Shown: positions 18,405 to 28,208, counted from the stretch's first letter. The stretch is DNA of 64,000 nt from Bryobacteraceae bacterium (GCA_025055455.1 JANWXD010000020.1:1593-65592), one strand, 5' to 3'. Notes: a model not told the origin generated them from the letters alone. Made by a program: numbers and translations.

Positions 18405-19463
18405 ATGATCGAGATTGACGGCTCGCTCCACTCGGGCAGCGGTACCGTCGTGCGCCAAGCGGTGGCATTTGCCGCCCTGACCGGCAGGCCGGTCCACCTC
18501 TACAACGTCCGGGCGCGACGCGACAAGCCGGGCCTTCAACCGCAACACTTGCGGGTCGTGGAAGCCATTTGCGAGATCGTCGGCGGCCAAACCGAGGGTG
18601 TCCGCAAGGGGGCCGTGGAATTTGTCTTCCGCCCCGGTCCGATCTGCCCCGCAAAGCACTACCTTTGGGATATCGGTTCAGCCGGATCTACCACTTTGCT
18701 GGCGCTGGCCGTGCTCCCTCTGCTTGCCTTCGCGCCGAGCTCCGTCACGGCGGAGATCCGCGGCGGCCTCTTCCAGGACTTCGCTCCTTCCGTGTTTCAC
18801 CTGCAGCACGTGATGCTCCCTCTGCTGGCGCGCATGGGTCTCAGCGCTCGAGTGGAGATGCGTCGCCCCGGCTACGTGCCGCGCGGCGGAGGAATCCTGG
18901 TGCTAACGGTGGAGCCGGTGCGTCGCGGATTGGATCCCCTGGTGCTCGATCGACCCGGCCCGGTGGAGAGGATCACCGGTATTGCTTTGGCCTCGCATCT
19001 GGCCGACCGCGATGTCGCCGGACGAATGGCCCGCACGGCGCACAAAGTCCTAGCGGAAGCCGGACACCGTGCCACGATCGAGGAGCGCGACGATCGCACC
19101 GCGCTTCAGCCCGGCGCCGCGCTCGCTCTGTTCGCGGATCTGGCCGGAGCGGGCCGGCTTGGCGCCGACTGGGCGGGCGCCCCCGGCCGCACGAGCGAAG
19201 CCATCGGGCGAAAAGTGGCCCGGCAGCTCCTCGAAGACCTCGCCACAGGGGCCACGCTCGACCGCTTCGCCGCCGACCAGATCATCCCCTTCGCCGCGCT
19301 GGCCCGGGGGGAAAGCCGCTTCCGGGTTCCTTCCATGACGGATCACATGCAGAGCAATGTCTGGCTGGCAAGCCTGTTCCTGGGGACGGACTACAAAATG
19401 GACGGCCAGATCCTCTCGATTCGGGGTGCCGGCTTCGAGCCCCCGATGAAGGGCTTGTGCTGA
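18405..19463 (+). CDS. rtcA: RNA 3'-terminal phosphate cyclase
   Basis: MIEIDGSLHSGSGTVVRQAVAFAALTGRPVHLYNVRARRDKPGLQPQHL matches the RtcA N-terminal signature. Length of 352 aa is typical. Confidence 0.85.
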   Translation: MIEIDGSLHSGSGTVVRQAVAFAALTGRPVHLYNVRARRDKPGLQPQHLRVVEAICEIVGGQTEGVRKGAVEFVFRPGPICPAKHYLWDIGSAGSTTLLALAVLPLLAFAPSSVTAEIRGGLFQDFAPSVFHLQHVMLPLLARMGLSARVEMRRPGYVPRGGGILVLTVEPVRRGLDPLVLDRPGPVERITGIALASHLADRDVAGRMARTAHKVLAEAGHRATIEERDDRTALQPGAALALFADLAGAGRLGADWAGAPGRTSEAIGRKVARQLLEDLATGATLDRFAADQIIPFAALARGESRFRVPSMTDHMQSNVWLASLFLGTDYKMDGQILSIRGAGFEPPMKGLC

Positions 19464-19511
19464 GCGTTGGCGGCTGGCGACACCGCGAAAAATGATGTGC
19501 CGGCGCTGTGG

Positions 19512-21143
19512 CTACTGTACGCTCAAGCCGCCCGAGGGCCGGAAGCGGAACACTTCGAAGACCGCGCGCCCGTGCCGGTCGCGGACGATGTAACGACGCT
19601 CCTTTTCGAATCCGTCCTCGCGCGCCAGCTCCAACAAGCGGCGGTTCACCCCGGGAAATTGCTCCTGGCCGTCGACATGCCCAACGAAAAGTCCACCGGA
19701 ATTGGCCAACCGCTGCCGCAGCTCTTGGCGTTGCGCTTCGCTCAACGAGCTTTGTTGCAACACGGCAGAGGCCTCCCGCAGTGGGAGCCTTCCACGATGC
19801 AGAAAGCGCAGCGGATCGAGAATTCCCCAGTCCGTTACGTAGATCTCCGTCGCCGGCGCGTGCCGCAAGGATTCTGAAAGGGCGTAGATGGCATCCGTCC
19901 ACGAACCCGGGGATCCGTATCGGATCAGCTGGGCGCGGTACTGATTGATCACCAGCAAGTTAGCGGCGCACAGGGCGCCGACCAGAAAAACCGCCACCCC
20001 GGTGGTGAGCCGCCCGGGCCACCGGCGCCGCGCCTGCTCCAACGCCACCCCGACCACGAACTGGGGCCACGGCCACAACAGGACTGCGTGGTGCACGGCA
20101 GCGCCCGCATCCCTCGTCGCCAGCATTTGCAACCACGCGCCGAGCATCGTGAGCAGTCCGAACAGCACGGGCCTCCGAGCCGGCGTGCGCCACAGCCATG
20201 GCAGCAGAGCCGCGGCCGCCATCAAGAGCCAGGGAAACGGCGACGCACGCACGGGACCCGCCGTTTGGCTCAAAGCCACCGACAATTGTTCTAGGTGCGA
20301 TTCCGGTTCCGCGGGCAGCGCGCCCGCCGGGCCGTCATGGACAAGGTATCCGAACAGCCCCGACCCATCCAGAGTGCTCCAAAGCACGTGACTTTTGTCG
20401 CGGAGTTTGGCCAGGGGAGATTCCAGAGCCGCCCGCAGGGTCGCGGCCGGGTGCTCGACGTTGTACAGGATCAGGGGCAACGCTCCGGCGGCAAGGCAGG
20501 CCAATGCCTCGATGGCTCGCCGACGCGTGCCATACCGGCCGATCTCGGCGCGCAACGTCAGGGCCGCCGCGATCCCCATTCCGCTCAATACCCACACGAA
20601 CAAGGCCTTGTTCCACAGCGCCAGTCCGAAGCACAACCAGCCTGCGCGGAACGCAACTCGGGATCCGGTTTGGTGAAACCGCAGCAGGGCCGAAACCCCG
20701 AGCATCGTCAGCGCATGTTGCAGCGCCACGGGGCCCCAATCGAAGGTGGTGGTGAGCAGGAAAGACGCGTCGGTGGCCAACAGAGCGCCCGCCGAGGCGG
20801 CGGCGAAAGTCCCGGCCACCGCCCTTACAAACCACGTGAAAGCCCACAGCGTAATAACGCCCACCACCAAAACGGGCACCCGCACGGACCATGGCGACGG
20901 AGGCCAAACTCGCACGATGGGCTCGTACATCCAGCTCTTCAATGCCCCCAAGTAGCTGAGCAGCATCAATGGAATGCGACGGCCGAACACTTCGAGGGAA
21001 TCCTCGCAATACCGGGCGGCGTAGATTCCGGCGGCAAACAGCACTTCGTCCTGCTGGAGCCCCGGGTAGGGGATCAAGGATAAGCCATTGAAAACGAAGA
21101 CGATGACTAGTCCCAGTACGAGCAGGATCCGCCGGGGCTCCAT
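19512..21143 (-). CDS. polytopic membrane protein, putative GT-C glycosyltransferase (PMT_2/ArnT-like)
   Basis: Multi-TM ORF. First loop is PYPGLQQDEVLFAAGIY (DE motif after TM1). ATG at 21143 preferred over the TTG at 21164. Confidence 0.6.
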   Translation of the reverse strand: MEPRRILLVLGLVIVFVFNGLSLIPYPGLQQDEVLFAAGIYAARYCEDSLEVFGRRIPLMLLSYLGALKSWMYEPIVRVWPPSPWSVRVPVLVVGVITLWAFTWFVRAVAGTFAAASAGALLATDASFLLTTTFDWGPVALQHALTMLGVSALLRFHQTGSRVAFRAGWLCFGLALWNKALFVWVLSGMGIAAALTLRAEIGRYGTRRRAIEALACLAAGALPLILYNVEHPAATLRAALESPLAKLRDKSHVLWSTLDGSGLFGYLVHDGPAGALPAEPESHLEQLSVALSQTAGPVRASPFPWLLMAAAALLPWLWRTPARRPVLFGLLTMLGAWLQMLATRDAGAAVHHAVLLWPWPQFVVGVALEQARRRWPGRLTTGVAVFLVGALCAANLLVINQYRAQLIRYGSPGSWTDAIYALSESLRHAPATEIYVTDWGILDPLRFLHRGRLPLREASAVLQQSSLSEAQRQELRQRLANSGGLFVGHVDGQEQFPGVNRRLLELAREDGFEKERRYIVRDRHGRAVFEVFRFRPSGGLSVQ

Positions 21144-21463
21144 GCGATGTCGGGGTACGCTCAATCATAGCATCCGACGTATGGACGGCGCCCTTGGCCT
21201 ACCTTTCTAGCCAGGGGAGCGAAACTAAAGCCTGAGCATGAAACTTTGTCCGCCGCAGAGCGTCCATAGGATAGTTTGGCATGAAAGGTGCAGCCCGATT
21301 GTAGCGTGAGACGCCATGGACATTTAGTGTTATATGCTAAGATTTTTTGTAACCAGGAAGCGCAAAACGGCATCTAGGTAATGTCAGGACAAATGATCAA
21401 AGGCAGTTCGAAGAAAGACCGGAACGTGACCGCGTTGCCGGCCGAAGAGGAGGGTGAAGAACC

Positions 21464-21847
21464 ATGACCAAAGCTGAACTGAACCGGTTCAAGCAAATCT
21501 TGGAAGAAAAGCAAGCAGAGCTTGCCAAGGTGTTGCGCAAACGCGAGGGAATCGCCATCGAAAAGGCGGCCGATGCGCTGGACGAAGTGCAGTACGCCGC
21601 CGAGCGCGAGCTCGCCATCCGCAACCTGGATCGCGAGTCGCAGTTATTCCGGCAAGTGCGTGCCGCCCTCCGTCGGATCGACGAAGGAACCTTTGGCGTC
21701 TGCGTCCACTGTGACCAAGAGATCAGCCAGAAACGGCTGCAGGCCGTGCCATGGGCTGCGTATTGTTTGCAGTGCCAGGAAATTGTCGACCGCCAACAGG
21801 AGCGCGGCGAGGAGATCCTCGAAGAGTTCCTCGTGGACGCCGCCTGA
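21464..21847 (+). CDS. DksA/TraR-family C4 zinc-finger protein
   Basis: 127 aa. Coiled-coil N-terminal part, then CVHCDQEISQKRLQAVPWAAYCLQCQ (CxxC-17-CxxC). Strong RBS (GAGGAGGG). Confidence 0.85.
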   Translation: MTKAELNRFKQILEEKQAELAKVLRKREGIAIEKAADALDEVQYAAERELAIRNLDRESQLFRQVRAALRRIDEGTFGVCVHCDQEISQKRLQAVPWAAYCLQCQEIVDRQQERGEEILEEFLVDAA

Positions 21848-21863
21848 TCGGGTCTGCCAATCT

Positions 21864-21889
21864 AGGGCGCGGGCTTGGGCCTGCGCCCT
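21864..21889. terminator. candidate bidirectional hairpin between convergent genes
   Basis: AGGGCGC (21864-21870) pairs with GCGCCCT (21883-21889), between the DksA-like stop and the pgeF stop. Confidence 0.3.
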
Positions 21890-21897
21890 TGCTGTCT

Positions 21898-22575
21898 TCA
21901 GCCGCGGATTCCGATTACCGACAGCATGCGGCCCGCAGTGGGTCCCTCTCGCCGCCATGAGTAGAACTCCCCGCTGAGGCAGCGAGTGCACAAGCCCACA
22001 CACCAGATCTGTCCTGCCGGAACCCCCGCCGCGACCAACTGACGGCGAGCGGCCTCGCTCAAGTCGATGTGGGCACGCCCCGTCAGATCGGTGCGCTCGG
22101 GGAAGAGTTCGCCGAACCGGCGGGCCACCTCTGGCCCGACATCGTAACAGCATGGGCCGATGGCTGGCCCGATGGCGGCTACCAGCGAGGCGGGCCGAGA
22201 CCCGAAGCGTTCCGCCATGGCTTCCACGGTCCGAAGCAGAACTCCCGCCACCAAGCCCCGCCAGCCGGCGTGGATCGCGGCCACGGCCTTGTGCGTGGAA
22301 TCCGCCATGAGCACCGGTAGACAGTCCGCCGTACGGACGCCGAGCAGCAACCCGGGCCGGTTCGTGACGAGTGCGTCGCCGTCGCCGGCGTGCCCGGGAG
22401 CCATCACATCGAGGCACCGACTGGAGTGAAGCTGTCTGGCCCAAGCCAACCGTCCCGCGGCGTCCCATAGCGTGTGCCGGGTTCCAAAGCCATGCTCCAC
22501 CCACTCCAACCGCGACAGTGGTTCGGCTCGCCAAACTTGATCTGCCTGGCGGGAGAACGACTCGGAGGGCGTCAA
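21898..22575 (-). CDS. pgeF: peptidoglycan editing factor / YfiH-family (DUF152, laccase-domain) protein
   Basis: VEHGFGTRH, GDALVT, RTADCLPVLMAD and AIHAGWRGLVAGV motifs. Confidence 0.85.
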   Translation of the reverse strand: MTPSESFSRQADQVWRAEPLSRLEWVEHGFGTRHTLWDAAGRLAWARQLHSSRCLDVMAPGHAGDGDALVTNRPGLLLGVRTADCLPVLMADSTHKAVAAIHAGWRGLVAGVLLRTVEAMAERFGSRPASLVAAIGPAIGPCCYDVGPEVARRFGELFPERTDLTGRAHIDLSEAARRQLVAAGVPAGQIWCVGLCTRCLSGEFYSWRREGPTAGRMLSVIGIRG

Positions 22576-22580
22576 GGAGA

Positions 22581-23150
<570 letters not shown>

Positions 23151-23167
23151 CCCCAGCTACCGCTTTA

Positions 23168-23500
23168 TCATATCATTCCCGCAGACGATGGCGGCGGCAA
23201 GCGCCGCACGATGCCGTCCACGACGCTGATCAGCACATCCAGCCGCTCCTCGGTGTGCCGCTGTGCTTCGGCCAAGCGCTGCAAATGCTCCTCGGTGCGG
23301 CGCTGCGCCTCGCGTAGCTCGCGGAGCTGGCGCGAGCCCGCCCGAATGGCTACCGTCACAATGCGCTCCAGCCGGTCCAGACGCCGCTCGGCTCGCTCCA
23401 TGCGCTGCTCGGCCCGCTCCATGCGCATCTCCCAGCGCACGAAGTTGTCCGCCAGGAAATTCTCCAGCCGCTCGAACCGCTCCCGGACGTCGTCTTCCAC
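23168..23500 (-). CDS. small coiled-coil protein, hypothetical (downstream copy of tandem duplicate)
   Basis: 110 aa, GTG start, charged heptad-like sequence (RFERLENFLADNFVRWEMRMERAEQRMERAERRLDRLERIV...). Identical to the copy at 23510..23830 over about 102 aa. Confidence 0.55.
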   Translation of the reverse strand: MEDDVRERFERLENFLADNFVRWEMRMERAEQRMERAERRLDRLERIVTVAIRAGSRQLRELREAQRRTEEHLQRLAEAQRHTEERLDVLISVVDGIVRRLPPPSSAGMI

Positions 23501-23830
23501 CTTCGCCCCTCACTGCGCGGCCGGCGGCAAGCGCCGCACGATGCCGTCCACGACGCTGATCAGCACATCCAGCCGCTCCTCGGTGTGCCGCTGTGCTTCG
23601 GCCAAGCGCTGCAAATGCTCCTCGGTACGGCGCTGCGCCTCGCGCAGCTCGCGGAGCTGGCGCGAGCCCGCCCGAATGGCTACCGTCACAATGCGCTCCA
23701 GCCGGTCCAGACGCCGCTCGGCTCGCTCCATGCGCTGCTCGGCCCGCTCCATGCGCATCTCCCAGCGCACGAAGTTGTCCGCCAGGAAATTCTCCAGCCG
23801 CTCGAACCGCTCCCGGACGTCGTCTTCCAT
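23192..23830. repeat. tandem direct repeat, 2 x 309 bp with 330-bp period
   Basis: 23192-23500 versus 23522-23830 differ at only 3 positions by hand comparison: 23297/23627, 23315/23645 and 23500/23830. The 21-bp spacer is unique. Confidence 0.95.
23510..23830 (-). CDS. small coiled-coil protein, hypothetical (upstream copy of tandem duplicate)
   Basis: 106 aa, ATG start with AGGCGG upstream. Ends at TGA 23510-23512, in the same frame as the next copy. Confidence 0.55.
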   Translation of the reverse strand: MEDDVRERFERLENFLADNFVRWEMRMERAEQRMERAERRLDRLERIVTVAIRAGSRQLRELREAQRRTEEHLQRLAEAQRHTEERLDVLISVVDGIVRRLPPAAQ

Positions 23831-23846
23831 GACCGCCTGTCTACGA

Positions 23847-24686
23847 TTATGACGCCGCCGCGACGGGGTTGTGCAGTATCCCGATCCCCTCGATTTCCAC
23901 TTCGACGACGTCGCCAGGTTTCATCGGGCCAGTGGTGCCCGGCGTTCCCGTGTAAATCACGTCGCCCGGAAGCAATGTGACGTACCGGCTGACCCAACTC
24001 ACAATTTCCGGCGGACCAAAGATCAAATCCGTTACGTATTGTTCCTGCACGACCTCGCCGTTGAGGCGCGTGCGCAGCAGCCGCTTGCCGGCGTCCGAAG
24101 CCCGCAGAATCGCAGGCCCGAGGGGGGCGAAGGTGTCGGCGCCTTTGGCCCGCCACCATTGCAGGTCTTTGTCCGGCCCATTCTGCCAGTCCCGTTCGCT
24201 CACGTCATTGCCGCAGGTGTAGCCGAAAATTGCCGCCCGCGCTTCCTCGAGGGAGGCATTCTTGACCCGGCGGCCGATGACCACCACGAGCTCCCCTTCG
24301 TAGTGCACGTTGCGCGCGTCTCGGGGAATCAGAATGGGGTCGCCGGGATGTTGGAGCGCCGTCACCGGCTTGTAGAAGATCTCGGGACGCGACGGCGCCG
24401 GCCGGCCCGCCAAGTGGCTCCGATAGTTCAGCCCTACCGCCAGTACTTTCGGCGGCTCGCACGGATACAGGAGCTTCACCGCCGACAGCGGGTAACGCTC
24501 GCCGGTTTCCTCGTGCGTTCCGAAGAGCTCTCCGCGCACCGCGCGAACCGTGTCGCCGTCCAGGATCCCGTAGGAGACCGCCCCGCCGCGACGAAACCGC
24601 ACGTACTTGAGACCCTCTTTTGTCTGGGCATTCGCCAGTGTTGCCGCCGCCATCCAGCCGAGCACCTCTCTGCGAGTTTGTGCCAT
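23847..24686 (-). CDS. fumarylacetoacetate hydrolase (FAH)-family protein with Tat/Sec-like signal peptide
   Basis: The 895-aa ORF is trimmed to the ATG at 24686 (GGGGAGG RBS). MAQTRREVLGWMAAATLANAQ, then a typical FAH-family body (KYVRF...YGILDGD, GLNYRSH, HYEGELVVVIG, GNDVSERDWQ, LLPGDVIYTGTPG). Confidence 0.8.
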   Translation of the reverse strand: MAQTRREVLGWMAAATLANAQTKEGLKYVRFRRGGAVSYGILDGDTVRAVRGELFGTHEETGERYPLSAVKLLYPCEPPKVLAVGLNYRSHLAGRPAPSRPEIFYKPVTALQHPGDPILIPRDARNVHYEGELVVVIGRRVKNASLEEARAAIFGYTCGNDVSERDWQNGPDKDLQWWRAKGADTFAPLGPAILRASDAGKRLLRTRLNGEVVQEQYVTDLIFGPPEIVSWVSRYVTLLPGDVIYTGTPGTTGPMKPGDVVEVEIEGIGILHNPVAAAS

Positions 24687-24926
24687 CGAAACCTCCCCGT
24701 CCCGGTTCCCCCGCCATCTTATCAAGCCGGCTCTGGGCGTCGACGCTCGACCCAGGCTTCCCGGCATCGGGATGACGTCCCCTGCGCTGTCACCTGCGGA
24801 GCTCCCGGCCGACCGAGGGGGCCCGTGCCGACCCGTGGCGGAGCATTTCCTCCTCTTGGCCGCGCCTGCGAGTGGACCACCGGAAAGCCGTGATACGATT
24901 GAGACGAAACAACTGGGAGTCGGCTT

Positions 24927-27900
24927 ATGCGATTGGGTGCGACAGTACTCTTCCTGGTCACGTTCACCGCAAACTGCACTTTGCTCAGGGCGCAGACCAC
25001 GTTCGCCAGCATCAGCGGCACGGTCACCGATCCCGCCGGGGCCGCGATACCGCGCGCCACGATCACGGCCACGCACGAGGCCACGGGCTACCAGTACACC
25101 GCCACCTCGAACGAAGTGGGCTACTACACTCTGGCGCAGTTGCGCGAGGGCCGCTACTCCGTCCGAGCGACGGCGCCCGGGTTTCAGGAGTTCGTCGCGC
25201 GGGACGTCGAGCTCGTGGCGCGAGACCAGCGCCGGCTGGACATTCAACTCCAAGTGGGCCGGGTCGAGGTGACGGTGGAGGTCTCCGCCGGGGCCACGCT
25301 CATCGAAGCCGAGACCGCGCGGATCGGCGACTCCAAGACCACGCGTCAGCTGCTCTCGCTGCCCCTCAACACACGATCCTTGTATTCGTTTCTCGTGCTG
25401 TCGCCGGCGGTGGTCAAAGCCGACGGACAGGCGGCCCGGCGCTTCGCAGGCAGCCGCGTCAACCAGTCCGACCAGTCTATCGACGGCATCACCGTGTCCA
25501 ACGGCTTCGATGGCACCCAGATCAGCCCCCTGGTGGACTATGTGGAAAGCTACGCCGAGGTTCGCGTGGACATGGCGAACAACAGCGCCGACATCGGCTC
25601 GGTGGGCCAGGTGACCGTGATTTCCAAAAGCGGCACCAACCAGCTCCACGGCAGCCTGTTCGACTACTACGCCACGCCCTGGTTCCGGGCGCGAAACCCG
25701 TTTGCCGCGCAGCGTTCCACGGGAGTGCGGCACTGGCCCGGAGGGAGCCTCGGCGGCCCCATCGTTTTGCCCAAGCTCTACAACGGTCGCAACCGGACAT
25801 TTTTCTTTTTCTCGTTCGAAACCTCGCGGGGCAGTGTAGCGCAGCAATTGCTCAATCCCACCGTCCCCCTGCCGAGTTGGCGGGCGGGCGACTTTTCCGG
25901 CGAGTTGCCGGGGACGGTGGTCCGGGACCCCTTCACACGCCAACCCCTGCCGGGCAATCGCATCCCCGCCTCGCAGCTCAATCCGGTCGCTGTAAAGATT
26001 CAGCAGCGTTTCTACCCGCTGCCCAACGTGGGCAACCCGAACGTGCTGCAGGCCCGCAATTATCTGGAGCAGAAACTCCGGCCTTTCGATCCCAACACCT
26101 ACTGGACGGCGCGGATTGACCACCGCTTCTCCGAACGCAGCTTTGTGTTCGCCCGGTACACGTGGGACCGGACCCACAGTCGCGAGTGGGAAAGCAATCT
26201 GCCCACGGTAGGCATTCGCTGGCAGACCCGAAACACTCGCGCCGTCAGCGTATCGTACACCCACACGCTTCGACCCACACTCATCGCCGAGTCCCGCTGG
26301 GGTTATGCCTTCAACAACAATCCGCGGAACGGGCCGCTCCGAGGGCTCGAGATTGTCCGTGAGCTCGGCTTGGTCGGTTTGGCGCCCAATCTGCCGGACA
26401 TCAACGGGATTTTCGACATCAGTTTTTCCGGTTTGGGTATCCAGGGAATCACGCAGACGCAGTGGCGCCATCCCGGCTTTCGGAACTTCGCCCAGCAGTT
26501 CCAGCAGCACCTGAATTGGTACTCGGGACGCCACACCCTGAAGGCCGGCTTAATCATCGACCGTGTGAACTTCCAGGACCGCCAGGCCAACGCCAACCTT
26601 TTCGGTCGCGCCGTATTTTCCAACCGCTTCACCGGACACCCATACGCAGACTTCCTCTATGGGATTCCCACGACGACCAACCGGGCCTTCCCGCCCGTGT
26701 TGATCGATCGCGACCGCTGGGGGCACAACCTGTTCGTCACCGACGAGTTCCGCGTGCATCCGCGCCTTACCCTGAACCTTGGGTTGCGATACGAGTGGAA
26801 ACCCACCTGGAGCGAGGCCGCTCACATGCAGGCGCTGTTCGACATTGCCAGCGGCAAGATCGTGGTGCCGGATGGCGGGCTTCGCCTGGCGAGTCCCCTC
26901 ATGCCTCTCGGCTATGTGGAGGTGGTCGAGGCCAGCCGGGCCGGCTACGATTCGAAGTTGCTGCTCCGCACGGACCGCAACAACTTCGCCCCGCGCCTGG
27001 GTCTGGCGTGGCGACCGTTCGGAGCGGACACCGTAATCCGAGGCGGCTTCGGTATCTTCTACGACGTGGTGCCCCGCCCCTTGACCGCTGGTGGCGTGCC
27101 GTTCGTCGTCAACGAGCCCAGCTACACGAACCCGACGCCCACTCCGGCGGTGATTCTGCCGCGCGTTTTCCCGGACTCGGTCGGTGGGCCCTCCACGGTG
27201 ACGTTGCCCTCCGCGGTGCGTCCCGACATCCGTACACCCTACAGCATGCAGTACAACTTCACGATCGAGCACCAGCGTTGGGAGACCGGTTTTCGGCTAT
27301 CCTACATTGGCACCAACACCCGCCAGGGCGAGTGGAGCTACAACATCAATCAACCTGTGGCCGACGCGCGCCCCTTCTGGGAGAAGCCGCGACGCTTCCC
27401 GCAGTATCCAGCCATCAGCTATCTCACGAACGGCGCCGGCCACCAGTACCATTCGCTGAACGCGGAAATCGAGCGTCGCTTCCATCACGGCTTTGGCTAT
27501 CAGTTCTCCTGGGTGTGGGCTCGCGATATCGGCGACCTGGACCGCGGTGGCTCGCCCGAGGACGCCTACGACCGCCGGCGCGAGCGCGCCGTCTGGACCG
27601 ACATTCCCACCCACCGCGTCGCGGCGAACTTGATCTACGAGCTACCCTTCGGCCGCGGCAAGAAATTCGCAACCGGCCTGGGACGGGCTGCCGATCTCGT
27701 AGTCGGCGGCTGGGAGCTGTCCACGGTTTTCCTCTACAGCTCGGGGCAGTTCCTGACCCCGCAATGGACCGGTGCCGATCCGACGGGCACCGCCTTCACC
27801 AGCACGCGCACGCCGGCTCAGGTGACGATCCGGCCCGACATCCTCCGCAACCCCAATTTGCCGGAAGCGCAACGAAGTCCGGAACGCTGGTTCGACGCCG

Positions 27901-28208
27901 CCGCCTTCGCCCCGCCGGCCGCGGGCCGGTTCGGCACCTCGGCCAAGGGAGTGATCAAAGGTCCCCCATCGAACGTGCTCCACGCCGGCTTGGCCAAGTG
28001 GCTCCGGTTGCACGAGCGGTTCCGGGCGCGGATGGAGATTACGGCCACGAACCTGTTCAACCACCCCAACTACAACGACCCGGCGCTGAACATCTCCAGT
28101 GTGGCGACCGTGGCGACGATCAGCGGCGTTGGAGGCGGGGAAGGCGCCACGCAATACGACCAGGCAGGCGCCCGCTCGTTCCGCGCGGGCTTTCGCCTGG
28201 AATGGTAG
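24927..28208 (+). CDS. TonB-dependent outer-membrane receptor with CarboxypepD_reg-like N-terminal domain
   Basis: Signal peptide (LFLVTFTANCTLLRAQ). ISGTVTDPAGAAIPRATITATHEATGYQYTATSNEVGYYTLAQLREGRYSVRATAPGFQEF. Barrel ends in GFRLEW. Confidence 0.85.
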   Translation: MRLGATVLFLVTFTANCTLLRAQTTFASISGTVTDPAGAAIPRATITATHEATGYQYTATSNEVGYYTLAQLREGRYSVRATAPGFQEFVARDVELVARDQRRLDIQLQVGRVEVTVEVSAGATLIEAETARIGDSKTTRQLLSLPLNTRSLYSFLVLSPAVVKADGQAARRFAGSRVNQSDQSIDGITVSNGFDGTQISPLVDYVESYAEVRVDMANNSADIGSVGQVTVISKSGTNQLHGSLFDYYATPWFRARNPFAAQRSTGVRHWPGGSLGGPIVLPKLYNGRNRTFFFFSFETSRGSVAQQLLNPTVPLPSWRAGDFSGELPGTVVRDPFTRQPLPGNRIPASQLNPVAVKIQQRFYPLPNVGNPNVLQARNYLEQKLRPFDPNTYWTARIDHRFSERSFVFARYTWDRTHSREWESNLPTVGIRWQTRNTRAVSVSYTHTLRPTLIAESRWGYAFNNNPRNGPLRGLEIVRELGLVGLAPNLPDINGIFDISFSGLGIQGITQTQWRHPGFRNFAQQFQQHLNWYSGRHTLKAGLIIDRVNFQDRQANANLFGRAVFSNRFTGHPYADFLYGIPTTTNRAFPPVLIDRDRWGHNLFVTDEFRVHPRLTLNLGLRYEWKPTWSEAAHMQALFDIASGKIVVPDGGLRLASPLMPLGYVEVVEASRAGYDSKLLLRTDRNNFAPRLGLAWRPFGADTVIRGGFGIFYDVVPRPLTAGGVPFVVNEPSYTNPTPTPAVILPRVFPDSVGGPSTVTLPSAVRPDIRTPYSMQYNFTIEHQRWETGFRLSYIGTNTRQGEWSYNINQPVADARPFWEKPRRFPQYPAISYLTNGAGHQYHSLNAEIERRFHHGFGYQFSWVWARDIGDLDRGGSPEDAYDRRRERAVWTDIPTHRVAANLIYELPFGRGKKFATGLGRAADLVVGGWELSTVFLYSSGQFLTPQWTGADPTGTAFTSTRTPAQVTIRPDILRNPNLPEAQRSPERWFDAAAFAPPAAGRFGTSAKGVIKGPPSNVLHAGLAKWLRLHERFRARMEITATNLFNHPNYNDPALNISSVATVATISGVGGGEGATQYDQAGARSFRAGFRLEW

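Noticed and set aside
23192-23830. Tandem repeat considered as a CRISPR array or minisatellite.
   Set aside because: There are only two units of 309 bp with a 21-bp spacer. The units are coding and in frame. No short repeat/spacer periodicity and no cas genes are present.
23847-26534. 895-aa ORF on the minus strand taken at face value.
   Set aside because: Only the C-terminal 279 aa (FAH family, own RBS and signal peptide) look real. The upstream ~600 aa are Arg/Gly/Pro-rich and antisense to the well-supported TBDR gene at 24927..28208.
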